Source of the DNA: Bacteroidota bacterium
GTDB taxonomy: Bacteria > Bacteroidota > Bacteroidia > Chitinophagales > LD1
NCBI GenBank assembly: GCA_018267365.1
Contig: JAFDYQ010000009.1
Span: 64,863-128,862 of the forward strand
DNA: 64,000 bases
Reading direction: 5' to 3'
The translations under genes were made by a program, and so were the position numbers. The first letter of the stretch is position 1, and every line of letters begins with the position of its first letter. Below are positions 38,026-46,498 of the stretch, in pieces. The notes beneath the pieces were generated by a model. It saw nothing but the letters and a program-made list of their open reading frames with translations, did no database searches and had not been told where the DNA came from.

Positions 38026-39126
38026 ATGGAGATCACGACATACAATGCAGTACAGCTGGGCGACTTTATCCGCTCGGAGGAGTTTCGCACTATGCCGGTG
38101 ATACCCATCAGCACGCCGCGGGCTATCTCACATATACACAATCCCCGCGCTGAGCCTAATGATGTGCTGCTGATCATAGCCAGAGAAGGGGGGCGCATGG
38201 TCGGCTATCTAGGCGTACTGCCCGATAAGATTTATAATGAAAAGGGAGAAGCTTTCAGGTGTGGCTGGCTCAGCTGCATGTGGGTAGATCCTGAGGTACG
38301 GGGCAAGGGCATAGCCAAGAAGCTTATTGGCACCGCCTTTGACACCTGGAGCGATCACATCCTCGTCACCGAGTTTACCCCGGAGGCCAAGGGGCTCTAT
38401 GACAGATCAGGCCATTTCAATGCGCTACGCACAAATGATGGCCTGCGCTGCTATCTGCGATTTAACCTGCATGAAGTATTGCCAAAGAAGAATGAGCGAT
38501 ATAAAAAGTTCAAGCGCCTTCTTTCTATGGCGGATGCGCTGGCCAATGTACCGATCAATGTGCGCCTCAATGGACTTTCACCACTATGTGACTCTACATT
38601 ACGATTTGAGAGTGTAGATAGTATAGGCGCGGCTATCGGCACGCTGATCGGGGCATATAGTTCATCGGGTTTTGAGCGGAGGAGCAGCGATGAGCTGGAG
38701 TGGATCAGGCGATATCCATGGCTGACCACAGGTACCGGTGAGGAAGCCAAGAAATACCACTTCTCCGTAAATGCGGAGCGGTTTGAAAATCTGTTTATCA
38801 AAATAATGGATGGCACGCAATTGAGAGGCTTCATGCATCTGGCACTACGGGACAATCATCTCAAAGTACCATATGCCTATCTACCAGATGACATCCTCCC
38901 GGATGTGCTGGCCTATATCTATGACCTGATGATTCGCACGCAAGCCAGTATGCTGACGGTCTTTCATCCGGCTATCGTCAGACATTTGCAGCAACACAAA
39001 AGTCCTTTCATCTACAAGCGCCGGATACAGCGCAACTATATCATCACAAAAACACTCGACGCACATTTCGCAGATCACGTCTCGCTACAGATACAGGATG
39101 GAGATGCGGATTGCGCCTTTACATAA
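38026..39126 (+). CDS. GNAT-family N-acetyltransferase with an uncharacterised C-terminal extension
   Basis: VDPEVRGKGIAKKLI acetyl-CoA binding motif (R/Q-x-x-G-x-G/A). 366 aa. Confidence 0.6.
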   Translation: MEITTYNAVQLGDFIRSEEFRTMPVIPISTPRAISHIHNPRAEPNDVLLIIAREGGRMVGYLGVLPDKIYNEKGEAFRCGWLSCMWVDPEVRGKGIAKKLIGTAFDTWSDHILVTEFTPEAKGLYDRSGHFNALRTNDGLRCYLRFNLHEVLPKKNERYKKFKRLLSMADALANVPINVRLNGLSPLCDSTLRFESVDSIGAAIGTLIGAYSSSGFERRSSDELEWIRRYPWLTTGTGEEAKKYHFSVNAERFENLFIKIMDGTQLRGFMHLALRDNHLKVPYAYLPDDILPDVLAYIYDLMIRTQASMLTVFHPAIVRHLQQHKSPFIYKRRIQRNYIITKTLDAHFADHVSLQIQDGDADCAFT

Positions 39127-39348
39127 GAGAGGTACCACTGTGCGACTAATGCCTTTGTCCATTGAGGTAAGTAATGGTCATTATTGTTCCCGTGCCGGGG
39201 CTACCATAAAATTGGCAGATACAACGGGCCGTCGGATACTCTTTGCCCGATGATGGCGTGCCTATTCAGAGCATTATAGCCGCACATTGTTCTGTTTATA
39301 AGTCATTACACCATTAGCCTCCATTAGTCTTTGATTTGCTTCTGCTAT

Positions 39349-40800
39349 ATGAGCGGTGCTGTCATTTTATCTATCGTCGCCCTGTACTTTGCGGCGCTGG
39401 TGGTGATCGCCTGGATCACGAGCCGGGGTGCGGACAATAGCCACTTTTTTATAGGCCAGCGCAATAGCAAGTGGTACCTCGTGGCCTATGGCATGATAGG
39501 CACCTCGCTGAGCGGTGTCACCTTTATGAGTGTGCCGGGCAAGGTGCACACGGACCATTTCTTCTACTTTCAGCTCATAGCGGGCAACTTTATAGGCTAT
39601 ATGATAGTGGCCTATGTGCTGCTGCCGCTGTACTACCGCCTACACCTGACGTCTATCTATAGCTACCTGGGGGAGCGTTTTGGCAGAGTGAGCCACCGTA
39701 CGGGTACGTCCTTCTTCCTCCTATCGCGCACGCTGGGGGCCTCTGCCCGTATCTACCTCGTGCTGAATGTGCTCCAGCTATTCATACTGGACCAGTGGGG
39801 CGTGCCATTTATAGCCACCGCGGGGCTGATCCTGCTCATGATACTGCTGTACACCTTTCAGGGTGGGGTCAAGACCATCGTGTGGACCGATACGCTGCAG
39901 ACCACCTTTATGCTCGTGGCGCTGGTCATGACCATCTGGTACATCTGCGAGGGCCTCGGCCTCTCGCCCGCAGGCCTGATAGGCCGCCTGTCTGAGCGGG
40001 GCGATACACAGATCATCAATAGCGACTGGCGCAGTCCGTCCTTCTTGCTCAAGCAAGTGCTGTCGGGCATCTTTATCTCTGTAGCTATGATGGGGCTGGA
40101 CCAGGAGATGATGCAGAAAAACATCTCTGTGAAAACCCTGCCTGATGCGCAGAAAAACATGGTCGTATTCAGCCTCATATTGCTCGTGGTCAATCTCCTC
40201 TTCCTCACGCTAGGCGGAGCGCTCTACCTGTATCTCGATGCGCACCCTGTACCTGTGATGCCCGCCGGCGATGCGGTCTTCCCCACTGTAGCGCTACACA
40301 TGCTGCCTCCGGTAGCAGGGCTGATGTTTATCCTCGGGCTGATCTCGGCATTATTTCCTAGTGCAGATGGAGCCATCACGGCGCTCACATCGTCCTTTTG
40401 CATAGATATACTGGACCTGAACGGACGCCCCCTCTCTGAGGCGCGGAAGACACGCACGCGCAAAGTGGTGCACCTCTCTGTGGCATTCGTCTTCCTGCTG
40501 TGCATCCTGCTCTTCAAGTGGATAGACACCAAGTCTGTGATAGACCTGATACTCAAGGTAGCAGGCTATACCTACGGGCCGCTGGTAGCGTTATTTGGTA
40601 TGGGGCTATACTCGCGCAGGAGGCCGAGAGAGGCATGGGTGCCCGTGGCGTGTATCGTGGCACCGGTGCTAACATTTGTCATAGACAGGTATTCCAAAGA
40701 ATTATTGGGCGGCTATCAGATGGGATTTGAGTCCGCCTTCGTCAATGTGGTGATCACATGGGCGGGTTTATTATTGATCAGTAAAAAAGAAACGAAATGA
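39349..40800 (+). CDS. sodium:solute symporter family transporter
   Basis: ORF 39331 (TTG)..40800; ATG at 39349. About 13 TM helices; SSF-like N-terminus ([35 protein letters not shown]). Confidence 0.75.
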   Translation: [483 protein letters not shown]

Positions 40801-41471
40801 AAGACAAGAAGTGGACGGCACATCATGGCGATGCTGCCTGGAGGATGTTTAAGATCATGGCTGAGTTTGCAGATGGTTTTGACCGCATGGAGCGGTTTGG
40901 CCCCTGCATATCCATATTTGGCTCTGCACGTACGCACGAGGACAACCCCTACTATGCGCTCACGGTAAAGACAGCAGAGAAACTGGGCAAAGAGGGCTAT
41001 GGCATCATCACCGGTGGCGGGCCGGGCATCATGGAGGCGGGCAACCGCGGCGCCTATAACGTAAAGGCGAAATCTGTGGGTCTGCACATCGTGCTACCCA
41101 AAGAGGAGGCAGCCAATAAATATGTAGACCAGAATAAGATCTTCATGTTCCGTTACTTCTTTGCACGCAAAGTGATGTTCATCAAGTATGCGCAAGCCTT
41201 TGTCTATATGCCGGGCGGCTTTGGTACGATGGATGAGTTCTTTGAAGTGATGACACTCGTACAGACGCGCAAGATAGCCCGCGTGCCTATCATCCTGATG
41301 GGCACCAAATACTGGAGCGGCCTGATAGACTGGATCAAGAGCACGATGCTGACCGAGCGCAATATCAACGCAGAGGATCTCGACCTCTTTCACCTCACGG
41401 ACGATCCTGATGAGGTGGTCAAGATCATACGCCAGCACTACAAGAAGGCAGACCTGAAGCCGAACTTCTAA
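40797..41471 (+). CDS. LOG-family / TIGR00730 Rossmann-fold nucleotide-binding protein
   Basis: GGGPGIMEAGNRGA and PGGFGTMDE motifs. ATGA overlap with the symporter stop. Confidence 0.85.
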   Translation: MKDKKWTAHHGDAAWRMFKIMAEFADGFDRMERFGPCISIFGSARTHEDNPYYALTVKTAEKLGKEGYGIITGGGPGIMEAGNRGAYNVKAKSVGLHIVLPKEEAANKYVDQNKIFMFRYFFARKVMFIKYAQAFVYMPGGFGTMDEFFEVMTLVQTRKIARVPIILMGTKYWSGLIDWIKSTMLTERNINAEDLDLFHLTDDPDEVVKIIRQHYKKADLKPNF

Positions 41472-41477
41472 AAACTT

Positions 41478-41506
41478 TTTACCGCAAAAACGCGGAGACG
41501 CAAAAT
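41478..41506 (+). repeat. 3' element TTTACCGCA-AAAA-CGCGGAGACGCA-AAAT, 6 nt after the LOG-family stop
   Basis: Same 9+12 fixed positions and spacing as the element at 12806..12841 (minus-strand sense). Confidence 0.5.
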
Positions 41507-41619
41507 GGTTGTACATGAATGTGAGAGCACATTCTGTATTGCCATTTTTCTGTCACAATGTGTGGCCAGCCTTTCGCACGGGCTGGTAGTGTACTACCTT
41601 TATACAGAAAGGTACTGCT

Positions 41620-42246
41620 ATGAGACACACACTCCACCTCACCATCCCCATGCCCTGTCACGAACGCTGGGACGCTATGACCGCTACGGAGCGCGGCGCT
41701 TTCTGCCACAGCTGTCAGAAGGAAGTGATAGACTTCTCCTCCATGACCGATAGCGAGCTGTTGTCTTTTTTTGCCGGAGGCAAAGCGACCTGTGGCAGGT
41801 TTCGCGGTGACCAGGTGGGTGTGCGTATCATGGAGCGGAGGCTGGATAACGGGCGGATGAAATGGCGGGCGCTGTTCTTTTCGCTCCTTCCATTTTTATC
41901 ACTGAAAACAAGTGCCGCTGCACCCGATCAGTACCGGATGGACCTAACTGCTGAGAATATATCTGCAAAGCCGCAGCTGCTACCTTCACATGCACCACCA
42001 CAGCCACTCATCACAAAGCTAGCCCAAGAAACACTCAAGATGGATAACACTATCATACTGCAATCAGAAGATACTGCTACAACTAGTCATGAACATTGGA
42101 TATTGGGTGCGGCAGCGGTCGGCGAAGAATTGGTAAATTATACCATGCCTCACGCAGACTATAGGCGCAAGGACCACCAAACACAGTTTCTCTCGCCAAA
42201 GAAAGAGCGAAAGCACTGGTTGCGGCGGTTTCTGAGGTTGGGGTGA
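41620..42246 (+). CDS. hypothetical single-pass membrane protein with an N-terminal Cys-rich (putative zinc-ribbon) motif, paralog 1
   Basis: LTIPMPCHERWDAMTATERGAFCHSCQKEVIDFSSMTDSEL...CGRFR, then TM helix WRALFFSLLPFLSL and a basic tail. Confidence 0.6.
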   Translation: MRHTLHLTIPMPCHERWDAMTATERGAFCHSCQKEVIDFSSMTDSELLSFFAGGKATCGRFRGDQVGVRIMERRLDNGRMKWRALFFSLLPFLSLKTSAAAPDQYRMDLTAENISAKPQLLPSHAPPQPLITKLAQETLKMDNTIILQSEDTATTSHEHWILGAAAVGEELVNYTMPHADYRRKDHQTQFLSPKKERKHWLRRFLRLG

Positions 42247-42272
42247 GATCAAATCTTTACCTTTATCACTCT

Positions 42273-42839
42273 ATGGATCGCAGATCTCTACGCATCACCA
42301 TCCCCGCGCCCTGTCATGAGCAGTGGAGCGACATGACGGCTACGGACCAAGGTGCCTTCTGCCATAGCTGCCAGAAGGTGGTGGTGGACTTTACCCGCAT
42401 GACGGATGAGGAGCTGATCCACTATCTGCAGCAAGGTACTCCGGGCTGTGGCAAGTTTCGCACCGAGCAGCTGGACACACCACCCGTGATATTACCGCCA
42501 GCAAACAGGCTACGTTCATTATGGAAAACCGCGCTGACCATCCTGCTGCCTTTTTTAGGTATAAAGAGTGGCTACGCGCAGGCTCCGGCATCGGGCCAGC
42601 ACATACAGCACAAAGCAGCTGTCTCGCATAGGAAGGATACCACCATCACAGAGCCTGTGGTGCTGGATGAGGTAACAGTGGGCAGTCGGCGCAAGCATGA
42701 AGTAAAGACTGAGATCGTAGGGGCACTGGCTATCGTGCGCACACCAGAGATAGACGCATCACACAGGGACAGCCTCCTCATTACACCTCTCCCAAAAGAA
42801 GAAGGAAAAGCACCTCACCGTCGCAAGAAAAGAAAGTAA
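42273..42839 (+). CDS. hypothetical single-pass membrane protein with an N-terminal Cys-rich (putative zinc-ribbon) motif, paralog 2
   Basis: ORF 42243..42839; ATG 42273 gives MDRRSLRITIPAPCHEQWSDMTATDQGAFCHSCQKVVVDFTRMTDEEL...CGKFR. TM helix LWKTALTILLPFLGI and tail HRRKKRK. Confidence 0.6.
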   Translation: MDRRSLRITIPAPCHEQWSDMTATDQGAFCHSCQKVVVDFTRMTDEELIHYLQQGTPGCGKFRTEQLDTPPVILPPANRLRSLWKTALTILLPFLGIKSGYAQAPASGQHIQHKAAVSHRKDTTITEPVVLDEVTVGSRRKHEVKTEIVGALAIVRTPEIDASHRDSLLITPLPKEEGKAPHRRKKRK

Positions 42840-42841
42840 CC

Positions 42842-43084
42842 CTACCCCGCCGCTGCTATCCTGTCTATCTCTGCAGCTAGTTTGCGGTCCTTGTCGGTCA
42901 CTATATCTCCGGCATCGTGGGTGCTGAGCTTGAAGGAGACCTTGTTGTACACATTGGTCCACTCGGGGTGGTGGTCCATCTCATCAGCCACGGCGGCTAC
43001 CTGTGTCATAAAGGTAAAGGCCTCTCTGAAATCCTTGAACTCAAAGGTGCGGGTCAGTTTGTTGTTTTCTTCTTTCCAAGACAT
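42842..43084 (-). CDS. pterin-4-alpha-carbinolamine dehydratase
   Basis: ORF 42842..43129; the conserved protein starts at ATG 43084 ([19 protein letters not shown]). DHHPEW motif. Confidence 0.85.
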   Translation of the reverse strand: MSWKEENNKLTRTFEFKDFREAFTFMTQVAAVADEMDHHPEWTNVYNKVSFKLSTHDAGDIVTDKDRKLAAEIDRIAAAG

Positions 43085-43090
43085 GATGAT

Positions 43091-43169
43091 AGTATTGAGT
43101 AGTGCGTATTGCGTATTGAGATAATACAACTACCGGTATTTAGTAGTTAGTATTCAGTATTTAGATAAT
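43091..43169 (-). repeat. two tandem 35-nt heptad modules separated by 9 nt, 6 nt upstream of the dehydratase ATG
   Basis: On the + strand, 43091..43125 reads AGTATTG AGTAGTG CGTATTG CGTATTG AGATAAT. 43135..43169 reads GGTATTT AGTAGTT AGTATTC AGTATTT AGATAAT. Confidence 0.8.
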
Positions 43170-43211
43170 ACAGGCTACAAATCACGTGCCTCGCGTGTAT
43201 TGGTATTAAAG

Positions 43212-43224
43212 TCCCCTTTGGGGA
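43212..43224. repeat. short GC hairpin TCCCC-TTT-GGGGA with a G-rich flank, just downstream of metF
   Basis: Read directly. The flank TTTAGGGGCTGAGGGTTGGGAGAGGT shares GGGAGAGGT with the flank of the metH palindrome. Confidence 0.45.
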
Positions 43225-43249
43225 TTTAGGGGCTGAGGGTTGGGAGAGG

Positions 43250-44209
43250 TTAAAACACCTCCCTCGCTATCTCTATCGTCTCACTGCTGCGGCTCATGGT
43301 GTAGTAGTGGAGCACGGGTACGCCGGCTTTCTTCAGCTCCTTAGACTGCTCTATGCACCACTTCACACCTATCTCGCGGGCGGCCTTGTCGTCTTTGGCT
43401 TTCTCCACCTCGTCTACCAGCGCTTCGGGCAGATTGACGTGAAAGATGGATGGCAGCGCCTTGATCTGGCTCTTGCGGTAGATAGGCTTGAGGCCCGGTA
43501 TGATCGGCACCGTGATGCCCATCTCGCGGCACTTCTTTTCGAACTCAAAGAAGTACTTATTGTCAAAGAAAAACTGCGTGACGATGTAGTCGGCACCGGC
43601 GTCTACTTTCTCTTTCAGCCGCTTGAGGTCAGAGGTCATATTAGGTGCCTCAAAGTGCTTCTCAGGATACGCCGCCACACCGATGCAGAAGTCGGTCTTC
43701 ATCTCATTTTGCGTCTCCTCGTGCAGGAAGCGGCCATTATTCATATTGGCTACTTGCTTCACCAGATCGGTGGCATAGTTGTAGGCTGATTTGACATTTT
43801 GCTCCAGCTTCTTGGGGCCCTTGTCAGGGTCGCCCTTGAGCAGCAGCAGATTGTGTATGCCGAGATAGTGGAGGGTGAAGAGGGCATCTTCTGTCTCCTC
43901 CTTGGTAAAGCCACCACACACCAGGTGCGGCACCGTATCTACGCTGAATTTGCCCTTCAGCGCAGCGCAGATGCCTACAGTACCGGGCCGCTTGCGCAGG
44001 GGCACCTCCTCTATCAGGCCGTCAGAGCGCTTCTTATAGATCACCTCCTCCTTGTGGTAGGTCACGTCTATAAATGGCGGCTTGAACTCCATCAGTGGCT
44101 CTATGACATGCTGGAGGTCGTCTATGGTTTTGCCCTTTTGCGGTGGCAGCACCTCCAGAGAAAACAAAGTCTTGCCATTGGCATTCTTAATGTGCTCGGT
44201 AACTTTCAC
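43250..44209 (-). CDS. metF: 5,10-methylenetetrahydrofolate reductase
   Basis: 319 aa with an apparent GTG start at 44209. FSLEVLPP N-terminus and DYIVTQFFFD motif typical of MTHFR. Confidence 0.88.
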   Translation of the reverse strand: MKVTEHIKNANGKTLFSLEVLPPQKGKTIDDLQHVIEPLMEFKPPFIDVTYHKEEVIYKKRSDGLIEEVPLRKRPGTVGICAALKGKFSVDTVPHLVCGGFTKEETEDALFTLHYLGIHNLLLLKGDPDKGPKKLEQNVKSAYNYATDLVKQVANMNNGRFLHEETQNEMKTDFCIGVAAYPEKHFEAPNMTSDLKRLKEKVDAGADYIVTQFFFDNKYFFEFEKKCREMGITVPIIPGLKPIYRKSQIKALPSIFHVNLPEALVDEVEKAKDDKAAREIGVKWCIEQSKELKKAGVPVLHYYTMSRSSETIEIAREVF

Positions 44210-44273
44210 GTGAGATTTTTAACGGTGCTAATCTATCACAAATCCATATTTTTATCTGAGAAATCAGTGAGTG

Positions 44274-45020
44274 ATGACAAGAGCCCTGCTACTATTTTCC
44301 TTTTTGAGCGCTTCGGTATTCTCCTTTGGCCAGTCGCAGTTTTATGTGGGGCTCAAAGGCGGCATAGACGGTTGCTTCTACCAGTACAACGCTGCCGCTA
44401 CCAATAGCTACGTGATAGGAGGCATCAACTCTACCACCAAGCTCACATCGCGCGGCCCGGCTATACCCGCTGTACTGGAGCTGATCTACAGCATCGGCAA
44501 ATTCAGGGTGGGCTATCAGTTTGAGTACGAGCGCATCCTCACTACCGCCTACAAGTATCGCACCTATAACTCTTCGTACTCCATCTCAGACACCACGATC
44601 AATAATCCCAATATCACGCAGCACTTCTTCTGCCACAATCTGCTGATAGAATACGAGCTCTACAAGCATAAGAAGTTTAAGATCGTGCCCGACCTGAGCT
44701 TTGGGTACTTTCACGGTGTATCGGCTGCCACGGAGGCTCCGTATGACTTCAGCTCGCTCAATCAGAACCGCTTCAAGATAGGCGTAGCTATGAACTTTGA
44801 GTATCAGCTAGGGCAGGTGTCTATAGTGGCCACACCACACTACGGCCTCGTACCTATCAAGTCTATCTACGACCCTACGCAGAAAGGCTACATGCACTTC
44901 ATAGGCCTGCATATCGGTGTGCGCATAGGCTGTATCAAGGTACAAGACCCCGGTGCGACTGGCGCGACCAAAAAGAAAAAGAAGAAAGAATACGTGAATC
45001 CCGAGGATGACGACAACTAG
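44274..45020 (+). CDS. hypothetical outer-membrane beta-barrel protein with a Lys-rich tail
   Basis: Signal peptide MTRALLLFSFLSASVFSFGQ, alternating beta-strand pattern, and a C-terminal KKKKKKE stretch. Confidence 0.5.
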   Translation: MTRALLLFSFLSASVFSFGQSQFYVGLKGGIDGCFYQYNAAATNSYVIGGINSTTKLTSRGPAIPAVLELIYSIGKFRVGYQFEYERILTTAYKYRTYNSSYSISDTTINNPNITQHFFCHNLLIEYELYKHKKFKIVPDLSFGYFHGVSAATEAPYDFSSLNQNRFKIGVAMNFEYQLGQVSIVATPHYGLVPIKSIYDPTQKGYMHFIGLHIGVRIGCIKVQDPGATGATKKKKKKEYVNPEDDDN

Positions 45021-45022
45021 CA

Positions 45023-46393
45023 CTAGGCAGGTATAGAGAAGAAGAAGGTACTACCCTCTCCCGGCCTGCTCTCTACCCATATCTTGCCGCCGTGTATCTC
45101 TACTATTTTTTTGCAGATGGCGAGGCCAAGGCCGGTACCCTCATATTCGCCCTCCTTGCTGTGTAGCCGCTTGAAGGCATAGAATATCCTGTCATAGTAG
45201 TTTTTGTCTATACCGATGCCGTTGTCTTCTACAGAGAAGGTGTACACTCCGTCGTCCAGTTTATATCGGATATTTACCACGGGGGCTACACCCTTGCGGT
45301 GATATTTGATGGCATTACCTATCATATTTTGCAGCAGGGAGAAGAGGAGGGTCTTGTCAGCCTGCACCACCGGCATATCTATTTGCACATGTATGGTAGC
45401 GTCTGTGTCCGTCACCTCCGTCTCCAGTGCATCGCGCACCTGATAGACCAGCTCACTCATAGATACGGCGGTGAAATTCTTTTCCAGCACATTGATCTCT
45501 GAGTATTCTTTGATATCGGCTATCAGCTCCTCCATCTGCGCTACACCCTTCTGCACATATTGAAAGTACTCCCGGACCTCCTCTTTATGCTGCTCCGTAG
45601 TGCCATTGTCATGGTGCTTTTTGATCAGGGAGATAAACCCACTTATATTTCGCAGCGGCTCCCGCAGGTCATGCGAGGTGAGGTAGGCAAACTCTTTGAG
45701 GCTTTCATTGCTGGATACCAGAAACTTCGTCTGCTCATCTATGGTCTGCTGCAGGTCTTCGTTTTGTCTTTTGATCACATCGCCCTGGGCTATAGCCTGT
45801 ATGTATAGCTTCTCTATCAGCATGATGAGTATACAGCTGATAGTAGTAGCAAAGATGACCCCGGTACAGCAGATGATATAATGCTCTGTGGTCCATAGCG
45901 ACATCTGGGGCAGGTGCCCTATCTGGTGCAGGATGATAGCATAGTGTATGGTCAGGATGATGAGAAAGACACCGGAAAAAAAGATGATCAGCCGGATCTG
46001 CCGGAAGAAAGAAATGAATAAAAAAAGGCAGCCCATGATAGCCACGAGCGTCACATACAGGCGATAGCGGATAGCCGGGTCTGTACGGTCTATATCTGTG
46101 ACTACGGTCTGTAGTGTAAAGTCAATAATAATGATACCGATCAGCACCTTGCCGGCAGTGTCTATATTGCCGCGGCGAAACTGGTAGATAGCGATGGCTG
46201 TACCGGCTAGTCCCAGCAGGTCAAACCACAGATACACGCTACCAGCCACAAAGACTATATGCGCTACCAGCAGGAAAGCAAAAAAACCCAGCACCGTCAG
46301 GGTAGACAGCAGCAGGTAGTAGGCTTTTTTCAGTTCGGCCTTGCTACGAGACCTAAACGGCTCCAGAAAGTAATTTTTGATGCTGGTCAACAT
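45023..46393 (-). CDS. membrane sensor histidine kinase
   Basis: About 6 N-terminal TM helices, H-box LTSHDLREPLRNI, N-box NMIGNAIKY, and G-boxes DNGIGID and GTGLGLAICKKIV. No adjacent response regulator. Confidence 0.88.
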   Translation of the reverse strand: MLTSIKNYFLEPFRSRSKAELKKAYYLLLSTLTVLGFFAFLLVAHIVFVAGSVYLWFDLLGLAGTAIAIYQFRRGNIDTAGKVLIGIIIIDFTLQTVVTDIDRTDPAIRYRLYVTLVAIMGCLFLFISFFRQIRLIIFFSGVFLIILTIHYAIILHQIGHLPQMSLWTTEHYIICCTGVIFATTISCILIMLIEKLYIQAIAQGDVIKRQNEDLQQTIDEQTKFLVSSNESLKEFAYLTSHDLREPLRNISGFISLIKKHHDNGTTEQHKEEVREYFQYVQKGVAQMEELIADIKEYSEINVLEKNFTAVSMSELVYQVRDALETEVTDTDATIHVQIDMPVVQADKTLLFSLLQNMIGNAIKYHRKGVAPVVNIRYKLDDGVYTFSVEDNGIGIDKNYYDRIFYAFKRLHSKEGEYEGTGLGLAICKKIVEIHGGKIWVESRPGEGSTFFFSIPA

Positions 46394-46498
46394 AGTGCAG
46401 CAATGGTTTTACGCAAAAAGCGACAGGTCGTTACAAGCTGTTTGCTTTACACAGTATAAATAAACAACAGATAATGGGTAGACAAAGAAGCTGCGCTT

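Noticed and set aside
39127-39348. 222-bp leader upstream of the sodium:solute symporter gene, inspected for a riboswitch
   Set aside because: There are only weak local stems (CCCGT...ACGGG) and a CCATTAG direct repeat. Nothing matches a riboswitch class I can recognise by eye. It would need a covariance-model scan.
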